From an uncultured Smithella sp. (GTDB taxonomy: Bacteria > Desulfobacterota > Syntrophia > Syntrophales > Smithellaceae), in the NCBI GenBank assembly GCA_964608995.1, contig CAZSQS010000001.1, forward strand, positions 130,659 through 194,658: DNA of 64,000 nucleotides, given 5' to 3'. The notes below the pieces were generated by a model. That model was given only the letters and a program-made list of their open reading frames with translations, searched no databases and was not told where the DNA came from. Made by a program: the position numbers and the translations under genes. This document shows, in pieces, positions 26,513 to 35,269 of this stretch; within the stretch, counting starts at the first letter, position 1, and every line of letters starts with the position of its first letter.

Positions 26513-27790
26513 ATGACGTTTGCCAGATATCGCTATGTCCTCTTCGCCGTTTTGGGCTCGGCCTATATACTGGTGTTCTTCCACCGGCTGGCGCCGGCGG
26601 TGGTTGCGGTCGATATGATGGCTGATTTGAAAACCGGCGGCGCGCTCATGGGTATTCTGGCTTCGGCCTACTTTTACCCCTATGGGCTGATGCAGATTCC
26701 CGCCGGACTGCTGTCGGACACGTGGGGGCCGCGACGCGCCATCGTTTTGTTTTTTATTCTCGGCGCGGCCGGCGCTTTTTTATTGGGGCTTTCGCAGGGG
26801 GTGGGGCTGGCCATCACCGCCCGGATCCTCGTGGGGCTGGGCGCATCGATGGTCTTTATCCCGACACTGAAAATTCTGACCCACTGGTTTGAATCGGAAA
26901 AGTTTTCCCGCATGAGCGGCATGCTGATGTCGCTGGGCGGCATTGGCGCCTTTTCCGCATCAACGCCGCTGGCGCTGCTAAGCGACGCCATCACCTGGCG
27001 CGGCGCCATGATGGTCATTGGCGCGTTGACGCTTTTGGTCACGGGGCTGGTCTGGTTTTGGGTGCGTGATCTGCCCGAGCAGGCGGGGTTTGCGCCGCTT
27101 GAGCACTGTGCAGCCGTTGATCGGGAGGGCAGACGAAAAATCGGCGCGCTCGAGGGCATTTTTTCCGTGGCCCGAAGCTGGCTTTTCTGGCCGACGGCGA
27201 TTTGCAGTTTTTTTGGCACGGCCGTGGTGTTGAGCCTAAGCGGCCTGTGGGGCGGCCCCTTCCTGATGCATGTCTATGGCCTGACCCGCACGCAGGCGGG
27301 CGGCGTGCTTTCGATGATGGCGCTGGGGATGATCTTCGGCGCGCCGTTTATGAGCTGGCTTTCCCACCGCGTGTTCTATTCCCGTAAAAAAGTATTGATG
27401 CTCAGCCACGGCAGCGCCTTTTGCGTGTTTGTTCCGCTGGCTTTTTTTACGGGGGATTTTTCGATGACGCAACTTTACGTGTGGTGTTTTGCCTTTAACT
27501 TCTGTCTGGCGAGCCTGGTCGTCGTCGGTTATGCGGCCATCAAGGATTCTTTCCCGATTCAAATTTCCGGCACGGCCACGGGGATGCTCAATATTTTCCC
27601 CTTCGCGGGCGTGGCGCTGGGGCAGCCGCTCATCGGCTGGGCGCTTGACCGGATCGGTCCTGTAGGCGGGCCCTATGATGTCGCGGCGTATTCCCTGGTG
27701 TTTAAATTCTGCCTGCTGTCTTTGCTTGCGGCATTTCTCGCAAGTCTGTTTGCCAAGGAAACTTTTCCGAAAAACCAAAGGGCCGGATAA
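26513..27790 (+). CDS. MFS transporter
   Basis: About 12 hydrophobic segments; MQIPAGLLSDTWGPRR motif-A variant. Confidence 0.9.
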   Translation: MTFARYRYVLFAVLGSAYILVFFHRLAPAVVAVDMMADLKTGGALMGILASAYFYPYGLMQIPAGLLSDTWGPRRAIVLFFILGAAGAFLLGLSQGVGLAITARILVGLGASMVFIPTLKILTHWFESEKFSRMSGMLMSLGGIGAFSASTPLALLSDAITWRGAMMVIGALTLLVTGLVWFWVRDLPEQAGFAPLEHCAAVDREGRRKIGALEGIFSVARSWLFWPTAICSFFGTAVVLSLSGLWGGPFLMHVYGLTRTQAGGVLSMMALGMIFGAPFMSWLSHRVFYSRKKVLMLSHGSAFCVFVPLAFFTGDFSMTQLYVWCFAFNFCLASLVVVGYAAIKDSFPIQISGTATGMLNIFPFAGVALGQPLIGWALDRIGPVGGPYDVAAYSLVFKFCLLSLLAAFLASLFAKETFPKNQRAG

Positions 27791-27822
27791 CGTCGAGCCA
27801 AACGCTCCTTTTTCAGACCGGC

Positions 27823-29742
27823 TTAAGCCATGGTGCAGTTGCGGCCGCTTTCTTTGGCGCGGTAAAGCGCATTGTCGGCCGCTTGAATCAGCCGGTTAAT
27901 CTCTTCGTCCTGCTTGGGTGTCCAGCCCGCCACGCCGATGCTGGCGCGCAGAAAAATCCGCTGGCCGCCATGGATGAAATGAAGGCTTTCGATGGCGACA
28001 CGCGCGCGGTCGGCCACCATCAGGGCGTTTTCCGGATAGGTGGAAGGCAGCACGATGGCAAATTCATCTCCGCCGAAGCGGGCAATGAAATCGCCGGTTC
28101 TGCGCAACTGTTGCTTGAGCGTATGCGAGACCAGGCGCAGGCATTCGTCGCCCACCAGATGCCCATGATTATCATTGATGTATTTGAAGTTGTCCAGATC
28201 CACGATGGCCAGCGACAGCGGCTGATGGATGCGTGATGCGCGTTTGAGCTCTTCGGTCAGAATCCGGTCGAAATAGCGGCGGTTGTAGGTATGCGTCAGC
28301 GGATCGGTGATGCTCAGATTGGAAAGCTCCGTGTTGGCCTCCTCCAGATTTTTCAGGGCCTCACGCAATTCCTGCGTGCGCTCGCTGACGCGCTTTTCAA
28401 GCTCGTCGTTGGATTTTTGCTGCGTCTCCATGATCTGCGCCTGCATGGACAGCTTCTCGAGCTGCGACTGATTGACTTGCCGGGTGAGCTCCAGCGACTC
28501 TTTCTGAGCGATTTCACGGGCGGCGCGTTCGCGGTTGATCTGGTCGGCCAGCGCCAGCGACAGAAGCGTAAGCTCAATGACAAAGCCCCCCATCTGGCCG
28601 TAATCCGTAAAGAGGTTGCGCGGGATGACCCCTGAAAAGCCCAGAAGCATAACCGTTGTTCCCACGGCCAGAAAAGCGTAGGCGATCGTATAGTATTTGG
28701 CCTGAACGTTGCCTTTGAACCACAGATAAACAGAGGTGATCATGCCGGCAGCCGGACACAGCAGGGCCAATAACGTAACGATGGAAATATAGGCCGAATA
28801 CGATTGCAACGGACTGAGCAAGACGGCAATAATCCACAAAGCGACAAAGACATTGTTGAGATGCAAAAGCCAGCCGCCATAGCTTTTCAGGGACAGAAAA
28901 TAGCGCAGAAACAGCGTGGCCGACAAAAAGCTCAGCGAGGCAAAAAGCACATACGCGTGCTCGCGAAGCCACAGCGACGATTCCCACAGATAGCGCGCGC
29001 CCAGGCCGCCGGCCGACGCGATATAAAAAATGACGGTGAAGACATAGGCGGAATAAAACAGATAGTTGGTGTCGCGGGTCAAGACGTAAAGCGACAGGTT
29101 GTATAGCACCATGATGATGAGGATGCCGAAAAAAAGCCCTACAATGAGCGCGCGTTGATAATCATGCTGCCCGAAGGCGTCGGCGCGCCAGAGGTCGAGT
29201 CGGATAAACAGGCCCAGGCGTGATTCAACGCGCACATAAACGCTGTAGCGATCGCCGGGCGCAAGCGGCAGGGGAAACACAAAGTTTGCCTGTTTCAGGG
29301 GCCACTGGCCCAACCGGACCAGGTTGCCAGCTGTCTGCGGCCCAAGCCAGCGCCGTGTTTTATGGCTGTAAATATGGACGTCGATGCGGTCGAGCAGCTC
29401 CTGGCCGATCTCCATCCGCCAGTCCTGCTTTGTTCCGGAGCGATCCGTCAGGTCAAAGCGCAGCCACACCGGCGCATGGAAGTTGCCAAAATGGAAATTA
29501 GGGCCCGAGAGACGCTGCCACTGGGTCTCGTACTTCTTCCCGGAGACGGCAAGAGGCGTCAGCGGCTCAGGTTCCGCCAGGTATTCGACGGCGTCAACTT
29601 GCAGCCGCTGGGTGTCGGCCGACAAAGCAAAGTCCACGGCCCGGGCGTGCGTCGGCGCAAAGGCGAGAAAGAAAAAAAGCGCGATCAGTGCGCCGGCAAC
29701 ACGAATGCCGGCGCACCATAAAAGAGACGGTGTCTTTCCCAT
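27823..29742 (-). CDS. Membrane diguanylate cyclase, 7TMR-DISMED2 + 7TM-DISM + GGDEF (start uncertain; ORF open to 29856)
   Basis: NFHFGNFHAPVWLRFDL...LDRIDVHI DISMED2; GLFFGILIIMVLYNLSLY 7TM; TDPLTHTYNRR, RTGDFIARFGGDEF. Confidence 0.9.
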   Translation of the reverse strand: MGKTPSLLWCAGIRVAGALIALFFFLAFAPTHARAVDFALSADTQRLQVDAVEYLAEPEPLTPLAVSGKKYETQWQRLSGPNFHFGNFHAPVWLRFDLTDRSGTKQDWRMEIGQELLDRIDVHIYSHKTRRWLGPQTAGNLVRLGQWPLKQANFVFPLPLAPGDRYSVYVRVESRLGLFIRLDLWRADAFGQHDYQRALIVGLFFGILIIMVLYNLSLYVLTRDTNYLFYSAYVFTVIFYIASAGGLGARYLWESSLWLREHAYVLFASLSFLSATLFLRYFLSLKSYGGWLLHLNNVFVALWIIAVLLSPLQSYSAYISIVTLLALLCPAAGMITSVYLWFKGNVQAKYYTIAYAFLAVGTTVMLLGFSGVIPRNLFTDYGQMGGFVIELTLLSLALADQINRERAAREIAQKESLELTRQVNQSQLEKLSMQAQIMETQQKSNDELEKRVSERTQELREALKNLEEANTELSNLSITDPLTHTYNRRYFDRILTEELKRASRIHQPLSLAIVDLDNFKYINDNHGHLVGDECLRLVSHTLKQQLRRTGDFIARFGGDEFAIVLPSTYPENALMVADRARVAIESLHFIHGGQRIFLRASIGVAGWTPKQDEEINRLIQAADNALYRAKESGRNCTMA

Positions 29743-30170
29743 GCCGGTTCTTTTGCGCCTGAGCCGTGGAGGATGGGCGGGTGCATTTTTTAATAATGAC
29801 CGGCCTGTCCGGCCGCGATGGGGCGCTGTCACGCAGAGCATGGGCGTATCCTTCAAAACATTGAGCTACCGTCAGGGGGCAATCATCCTCTGTCCGGGGA
29901 TGGTTCGCGCTTTGGCGCAAGGCATTCCTTTTATCCATTCGGCTCAATCGCGATGAAACTTGAATCCAAAGGCATCCTGACCGGCACAAGTCGCGCTTAA
30001 GGGCCTGTCAACGCATACGTCTTGAGGCTATCGCTGGCCGCCTCGAAGATGCGCAATAAATGATTTTCCATGGAAAAGCAAAAGAATCCTTGGAATGACG
30101 CGGGAAATATGTATATTAAGACAACAGAAATTTGGAAAGAGGATTTGGGAATTTTCTATGGAGGTCATCA

Positions 30171-31241
30171 GTGCCGGTTGAGATAGCGCCAAAAAAAATC
30201 CCGGTCGTTTTATTGTATAATCTTGATCCCCAATGGACACAGGCGGAAAAACAAGAAGTCCTTTCTTTATCAGCTAAGCTTAGTCAATCCTTAAGTGATA
30301 TCGGATTTTCCACGGTCATGGTTCCCGTAAGTGACGACAATCTCGCCTTGCATCTTGCATCATTTGATCCTGAAGACTATATCATCTTTAACTGGTGTGA
30401 AGAATTACCCGGCATCCATCACAGCGAGTGGCTTGTCGCCAGGCGCCTCGAGATGCTGGGCTATACCTTTACCGGCGCCGACTCGGAGGCGCTCGCGCTG
30501 GCGCAGGACAAGTTTCGCGTCAAGACGCTTCTGGATCAGGCCGCCATTCCAACGCCCGCCTGGCATGTGTATTCCCGGGGCGAAACGATTGCCTGGGACC
30601 GCTTTCCCGCCATTGTCAAACCCATGAACGAGCATTGCTCCTCGGGCATCACGCGTGATGCCGTCGTGCTCGATTCCGCAGAGCTTGCGCGCCGCCTGCC
30701 CTTTATCTGGGATCATTACCATCAACCGGCGCTGGTGGAGGACTTCATTGACGGGCGTGAATTTCACGTCTCCGTCTGGGGCAACGACACGCTTACGGTA
30801 TTGCCGGTGGCGGAAATGGATTTTTCATCTTTCCCCAATGTCAAAGACCGGCTTTGCACCTACGATGCCAAGTTTCTTCCCGGCTCCGACCCGTATGAAA
30901 ACATTTCGACGCTTCTGCCCGCGCCGCTTTCCGCCTTAGAGCTTGCGGCGCTCGAAGGGGTCTCCCGCGCCGCCTACCGGGCGCTTGGCTGCCGCGATTA
31001 CGCCCGCCTGGATATTCGTCTGCGCGACAACACCTTTTATGTGCTTGATGTCAATCCCAATGCGGATATCAGCATCGACGCCAGCATGGCCTGTGCCGCC
31101 GAGGTTGCGGGGATGAACTATGGACAGATGGGTTCCGTTATCGTGCGGATGGCCGCAGCGAGGCATCCGGTTTTGAGCCGTCTGGCTGCAAGGCGCCCGG
31201 TCTCTGGAAAGGTTTTAAAGGCGCGAAGGCCGCGCCCCTGA
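30171..31241 (+). CDS. D-Ala-D-Ala-ligase-like ATP-grasp protein of unknown substrate
   Basis: YTFTGADS...LAQDK, AIVKPMNEHCSSGI, LVEDFIDGREFHV, CRDYARLDIR, YVLDVNPN; GTG start after GGAGG. Confidence 0.85.
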   Translation: MPVEIAPKKIPVVLLYNLDPQWTQAEKQEVLSLSAKLSQSLSDIGFSTVMVPVSDDNLALHLASFDPEDYIIFNWCEELPGIHHSEWLVARRLEMLGYTFTGADSEALALAQDKFRVKTLLDQAAIPTPAWHVYSRGETIAWDRFPAIVKPMNEHCSSGITRDAVVLDSAELARRLPFIWDHYHQPALVEDFIDGREFHVSVWGNDTLTVLPVAEMDFSSFPNVKDRLCTYDAKFLPGSDPYENISTLLPAPLSALELAALEGVSRAAYRALGCRDYARLDIRLRDNTFYVLDVNPNADISIDASMACAAEVAGMNYGQMGSVIVRMAAARHPVLSRLAARRPVSGKVLKARRPRP

Positions 31242-31446
31242 AAAGCCTTTATACCCAAAGAGGCCCTCGCCATGGCGTTGGATTCCCCGTCGGGCCGCTT
31301 TTGGCCTGATCTTTTCTGAAAAATGGATGGCGCATCCATAATCCGCCGCTAAAAAAACTTCCACTTCCCCGATCAAAGATGATATAAAACCCCGCACTGA
31401 AAGTGACATCGGCCATTGCGATTTCATCATCCAGGAGGGGGATAAC

Positions 31447-33852
31447 GTGAGGAAAAAAGAAAAAATTAAAGCGCTGCTTCGGGATTCGATCGTAATTCTG
31501 GATGGCGCCACCGGCACGGAGTTGCAAAAGGCGGGGCTGCCGGCGGGCGTTTGTCCGGAAAACTGGTGCCTGGATCATCCGGATGTGATCTGCGGCATTC
31601 ATCGCGCCTATGTTCAGGCCGGTGCGCGCATCGTCTATAGCTGCACCTTCGGCGCCAACCGCTTCAAGCTTCAGCAATACGGCGTCAATAAGGATGCGTA
31701 TGCGGTCAACATGGCGCTGGCGGGGCTGGCGCGGCAGACCTGCGGCAAAAAAGCGCTGGTGGCAGGCGATATCGGGCCCACCGGCCTGTTTATCGAACCC
31801 TTCGGGCCGCTGGCCTTTGAAGATGCGGTGGATGCCTTCCGTGAACAGGTGCGGGGCCTGATCGACGGAGGCTGCGATCTGATCGTCATCGAAACCATGA
31901 TTGACATTCAGGAGGCGCGTGCGGCGCTTCTGGCCGTCAAGGAGTTTGCGGATATCTTCACCATCGTTTCTCTGACCTTTGAAAAAGACGCGCACACGCT
32001 GGGTGGCACGCCGCCTGCGGCCGCGCTCGTCACGCTGCAGAGCCTCGGCGCGGACGCGGTGGGCTGCAACTGTTCGGCGGGCCCCGAGCAGATGGTTGAA
32101 TTTATCGCTGCCATGAAACCCTGGGCCACCGTGCCGCTTCTGGCCAAACCCAACGCGGGCATGCCGCGCCTGGCCGGGAAAAATACAGTTTTTGATATGG
32201 ATGCCCAAACCTTTGCCGCCTTCGGACGCAATCTGGTGAGCGCGGGCGCGAATCTGATCGGCGGCTGCTGCGGCACGACGCCGGAGCACATCACGGAGCT
32301 TAACCGGACGGTGGGCAAGCGAAGACCTGTGTTGCCGAAGCGCAAGTCCATAAGCGCGCTGAGCTCGTCTCGGCGCTTTCTGTCCATTGACCCGGATGAG
32401 CCGCTCTATATTGTGGGCGAGCGCATCAATCCCACCGGGAAAAAAGCGCTCCAGCAGGAACTGATGGAGGGCAAGCTCTCGATCATCCGCCAGATGGCCA
32501 AAGAGCAGGAGGCGCAAGGCGCATCGCTGCTGGATGTCAATATCGGTCAGCCCGGCATTGATGAGGTGCAGACGATCAAAAACGTCATCGGGCTTTTAGC
32601 CACGTCCAGCTCGCTGCCGCTGGTCGTCGATTCGTCACGCGTCGAAACCATTGAAGCGGCGCTTAGGCTGTATCCGGGCCGCATGCTGATCAACTCCATC
32701 TCCGGCGAAAAGGAAAAACTCGAGCGGTTGTTGCCGCTGGCGGCCAAATACGGTGCGATGTTCATTTTGCTGCCGCTGACGGACGGTGAGCTTCCGGCTA
32801 CGGCGAAAAAGCGCCGTAAAGTCATCGAAGACATTTTCCGCCGGGCGCAAAAGCACGGATTCACCAAGGACGATTTTATCGTGGACGGTCTGACGATGGC
32901 GGTGGCCTCCGATGGCCAGGCGGCCAGGGAAACGCTGGCGACGCTGTTGTGGTGCAAGAGAACCTTTCGGGCCAAAACGATTCTGGGACTTTCCAACGTG
33001 TCGTTCGGCATGCCGGGGCGCCCCTGGTTAAACGCCGCTTTCGTGGCGATGGCCCAGTTGTGCGGCCTGACGATGGCCATTGCCAATCCGGCGGGTACGG
33101 AATTCATGCAGATTAAAAAAGCGGGCGATGTGCTGACGGCGCGTGAAAAGGCGTCAACCCTCTACATAAACCATTTTGCCCAGCCGCAGGAAACGCCGAC
33201 AGAGCCGGCCAAACCCGCCGCCGCGATGCGGCCTGAAGAAAAAGTGGCCGCGGCTGTGCAGGAAGGGGATCGGGACCGAATTCTTGCCCTGATTGAAGAG
33301 GCGCTCCTGTCGGGTACGACCGCCTCCGGGCTGGTCGATGGGTTCATGATTCCGGCCATTGTGCGCGTGGGCGAGCTCTACGAGAAGAAAATCTATTTCC
33401 TGCCGCAGCTTATGGCGTCGGCGGAAGCCATGAAAAAAGGGCTTGCGCATCTGGAGCCCCTGCTCAAGCAGCGCGCCTCACAGGAAAAGGGAAAGGTGCT
33501 GATGGCGACGGTTCGCGGCGACATCCACGATATCGGCAAAAATATCGTGGCGCTGCTTTTGAAAAACTACGGCTATTGTGTTATTGACCTGGGCAAGGAT
33601 GTCTCCGAGGCCACCATTATCGAGGCGGCCCGCAAGGAAAAACCCGATGTGATCGGTCTTTCCGCACTGATGACGACCACGATGGTCAATATGAAAGAGG
33701 TGATCACGCTGGCGCGCGCAGAGGGGATTTCAACGGATTTTCTCGTTGGTGGCGCGGTGGTGACCCGCGAATACGCCCGCTCCATCGGCGCGCATTTTGC
33801 CGCCGATGGCGTCGAAGCGGTGAAAGTGGTTGAAAAGATTGTCGGCAAATAA
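31447..33852 (+). CDS. metH: Cobalamin-dependent methionine synthase, short form without reactivation domain
   Basis: ILDGATGTEL, GCNC and GGCCGT Zn ligands, IVGERINPTGKK pterin domain, GDIHDIGKNIV B12 motif; the ORF ends after the B12 domain. Confidence 0.9.
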   Translation: MRKKEKIKALLRDSIVILDGATGTELQKAGLPAGVCPENWCLDHPDVICGIHRAYVQAGARIVYSCTFGANRFKLQQYGVNKDAYAVNMALAGLARQTCGKKALVAGDIGPTGLFIEPFGPLAFEDAVDAFREQVRGLIDGGCDLIVIETMIDIQEARAALLAVKEFADIFTIVSLTFEKDAHTLGGTPPAAALVTLQSLGADAVGCNCSAGPEQMVEFIAAMKPWATVPLLAKPNAGMPRLAGKNTVFDMDAQTFAAFGRNLVSAGANLIGGCCGTTPEHITELNRTVGKRRPVLPKRKSISALSSSRRFLSIDPDEPLYIVGERINPTGKKALQQELMEGKLSIIRQMAKEQEAQGASLLDVNIGQPGIDEVQTIKNVIGLLATSSSLPLVVDSSRVETIEAALRLYPGRMLINSISGEKEKLERLLPLAAKYGAMFILLPLTDGELPATAKKRRKVIEDIFRRAQKHGFTKDDFIVDGLTMAVASDGQAARETLATLLWCKRTFRAKTILGLSNVSFGMPGRPWLNAAFVAMAQLCGLTMAIANPAGTEFMQIKKAGDVLTAREKASTLYINHFAQPQETPTEPAKPAAAMRPEEKVAAAVQEGDRDRILALIEEALLSGTTASGLVDGFMIPAIVRVGELYEKKIYFLPQLMASAEAMKKGLAHLEPLLKQRASQEKGKVLMATVRGDIHDIGKNIVALLLKNYGYCVIDLGKDVSEATIIEAARKEKPDVIGLSALMTTTMVNMKEVITLARAEGISTDFLVGGAVVTREYARSIGAHFAADGVEAVKVVEKIVGK

Positions 33853-34593
33853 ATGCTCATGAGTGAAACCCGAATAAATACATGGTTCTGGGTCTCGGTC
33901 TCCGTCGGGCTCCATGCCCTTTTGGCGGCCGTATTGCTCTTTGGTGCCCCCGGCGCCGGGGTTTTTTCGCAAAAACCGGACAGTTTCCATTTTACATGGG
34001 TGATGCTTCCCGGTGCGCACAGCCCCGCTGTGCACAAGGCTGCGCCTTCCGGCGAGCGTCCGGCGGCAAAGGGGTTAAGCGAGGCGTCCGTGCCGGTTTC
34101 GGACAGGCCCGAAATCGAGCGTTCCGTCCAGCCGCCGAATCAGATGCTTGCTGCTTCATCGGACAACCGCATCGAGATTTCGCGGGCGGCTTACACACCG
34201 GCTGGTTTCGATGACGAACCGGTGTCGTCTTACGCTGCCCGCGACGCCTCAACCGAAGGGGAGGGCGAACCTTCCGGGATGGGCCGCGGCGGAGCGGCCA
34301 TCACCCGTGCGCTTCCCCTGTATCGCGAGAATCCGCCGCCCGGCTACCCCGCCATCGCCCGCCTGCGCGGGTATCAGGGTGTCGTTTTAGTGGAGGCAGA
34401 AATTTTACCGGACGGCCAGGTGGGCCAGGTCAATCTCCGCAAATCATCCGGCTACGCCATTCTGGATCGGGCCGCGCTTTCCGCCGTCAAGTCCTGGAAG
34501 TTTGAGCCGGCCAGAAAATCCGGCATCCCTTACACAACGCGGGCTGAACTGCCGATCAAGTTTGTCTTGAACGATTCGAGCCTGTCATCTTAA
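33853..34593 (+). CDS. TonB-family energy transducer (N-terminal TM + TonB_C)
   Basis: SVGLHALLAAVLLF TM with SxxxH; NPPPGYPAIARLRGYQGVVLV...SSGYAILDRAALSAVKSWKFEPA. Confidence 0.88.
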   Translation: MLMSETRINTWFWVSVSVGLHALLAAVLLFGAPGAGVFSQKPDSFHFTWVMLPGAHSPAVHKAAPSGERPAAKGLSEASVPVSDRPEIERSVQPPNQMLAASSDNRIEISRAAYTPAGFDDEPVSSYAARDASTEGEGEPSGMGRGGAAITRALPLYRENPPPGYPAIARLRGYQGVVLVEAEILPDGQVGQVNLRKSSGYAILDRAALSAVKSWKFEPARKSGIPYTTRAELPIKFVLNDSSLSS

Positions 34594-34618
34594 ACCCGAA
34601 ACCTGGAGGAAATGAATC

Positions 34619-35215
34619 ATGTCGATGGATAAAAATATCGCCCGGGAGCGTCTGGGCGAAATGCTTCTGGAGCGCTCTTTTAAATACAGCGACAATCCGC
34701 CTTTTACGCTGGCGTCCGGAAAAAAGAGCAACTTCTACTTCAACTGCAAGCCGACCACACTCGATCCCGAAGGGATGAATCTGATCGGCGAGGTTCTGTT
34801 TGACATGCTGGCGGCCACGCCCGTGACGGCCGCGGGGGGACTGACGCTGGGGGCCGATCCCCTCGCCAATGCGCTTTCGGTTATCTCCTTTCAGAAAGGC
34901 AGACCCGTCAAGTCGCTTATCGTCCGCAAGGACGCCAAGGCGCACGGAACGAAAAGCGCTGTTGAGGGCAATGTGAAGCCCGGCGACACGGTGGCGATTC
35001 TCGACGACGTCATCACCACCGGCGGCTCGACGATCACGGCAATTGAACAGGCCAAACAAGCCGGGCTGATCGTCGATCGCGTCATTGCGCTCATTGACCG
35101 CGAAGAAGGCGGACGGGAAAATATTTTAAAGCACGTGAATGTCGTGCAATCCGTCTTTACCCGCAGCGAGCTGATGGCCCTGCGTGAAGAGCTTCTCTCG
35201 GACAAAAAAAATTAA
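34619..35215 (+). CDS. pyrE: Orotate phosphoribosyltransferase
   Basis: FTLASGKKSNFYFNCK, VRKDAKAHG, VAILDDVITTGGS PRPP motif. Confidence 0.95.
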   Translation: MSMDKNIARERLGEMLLERSFKYSDNPPFTLASGKKSNFYFNCKPTTLDPEGMNLIGEVLFDMLAATPVTAAGGLTLGADPLANALSVISFQKGRPVKSLIVRKDAKAHGTKSAVEGNVKPGDTVAILDDVITTGGSTITAIEQAKQAGLIVDRVIALIDREEGGRENILKHVNVVQSVFTRSELMALREELLSDKKN

Positions 35216-35269
35216 GAAGCGTTCGGGCTGAGCACGCAGTGTTTTCCGCAAACTCGAGAAAGGATTCCC

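Noticed and set aside
30171-31241. Calling this gene ddl
   Set aside because: Key Ddl substrate motifs are missing; left without a symbol.
31242-31446. SAM/SAH/cobalamin riboswitch upstream of metH
   Set aside because: No recognisable consensus elements; a GCTAAAAAA run alone is insufficient.
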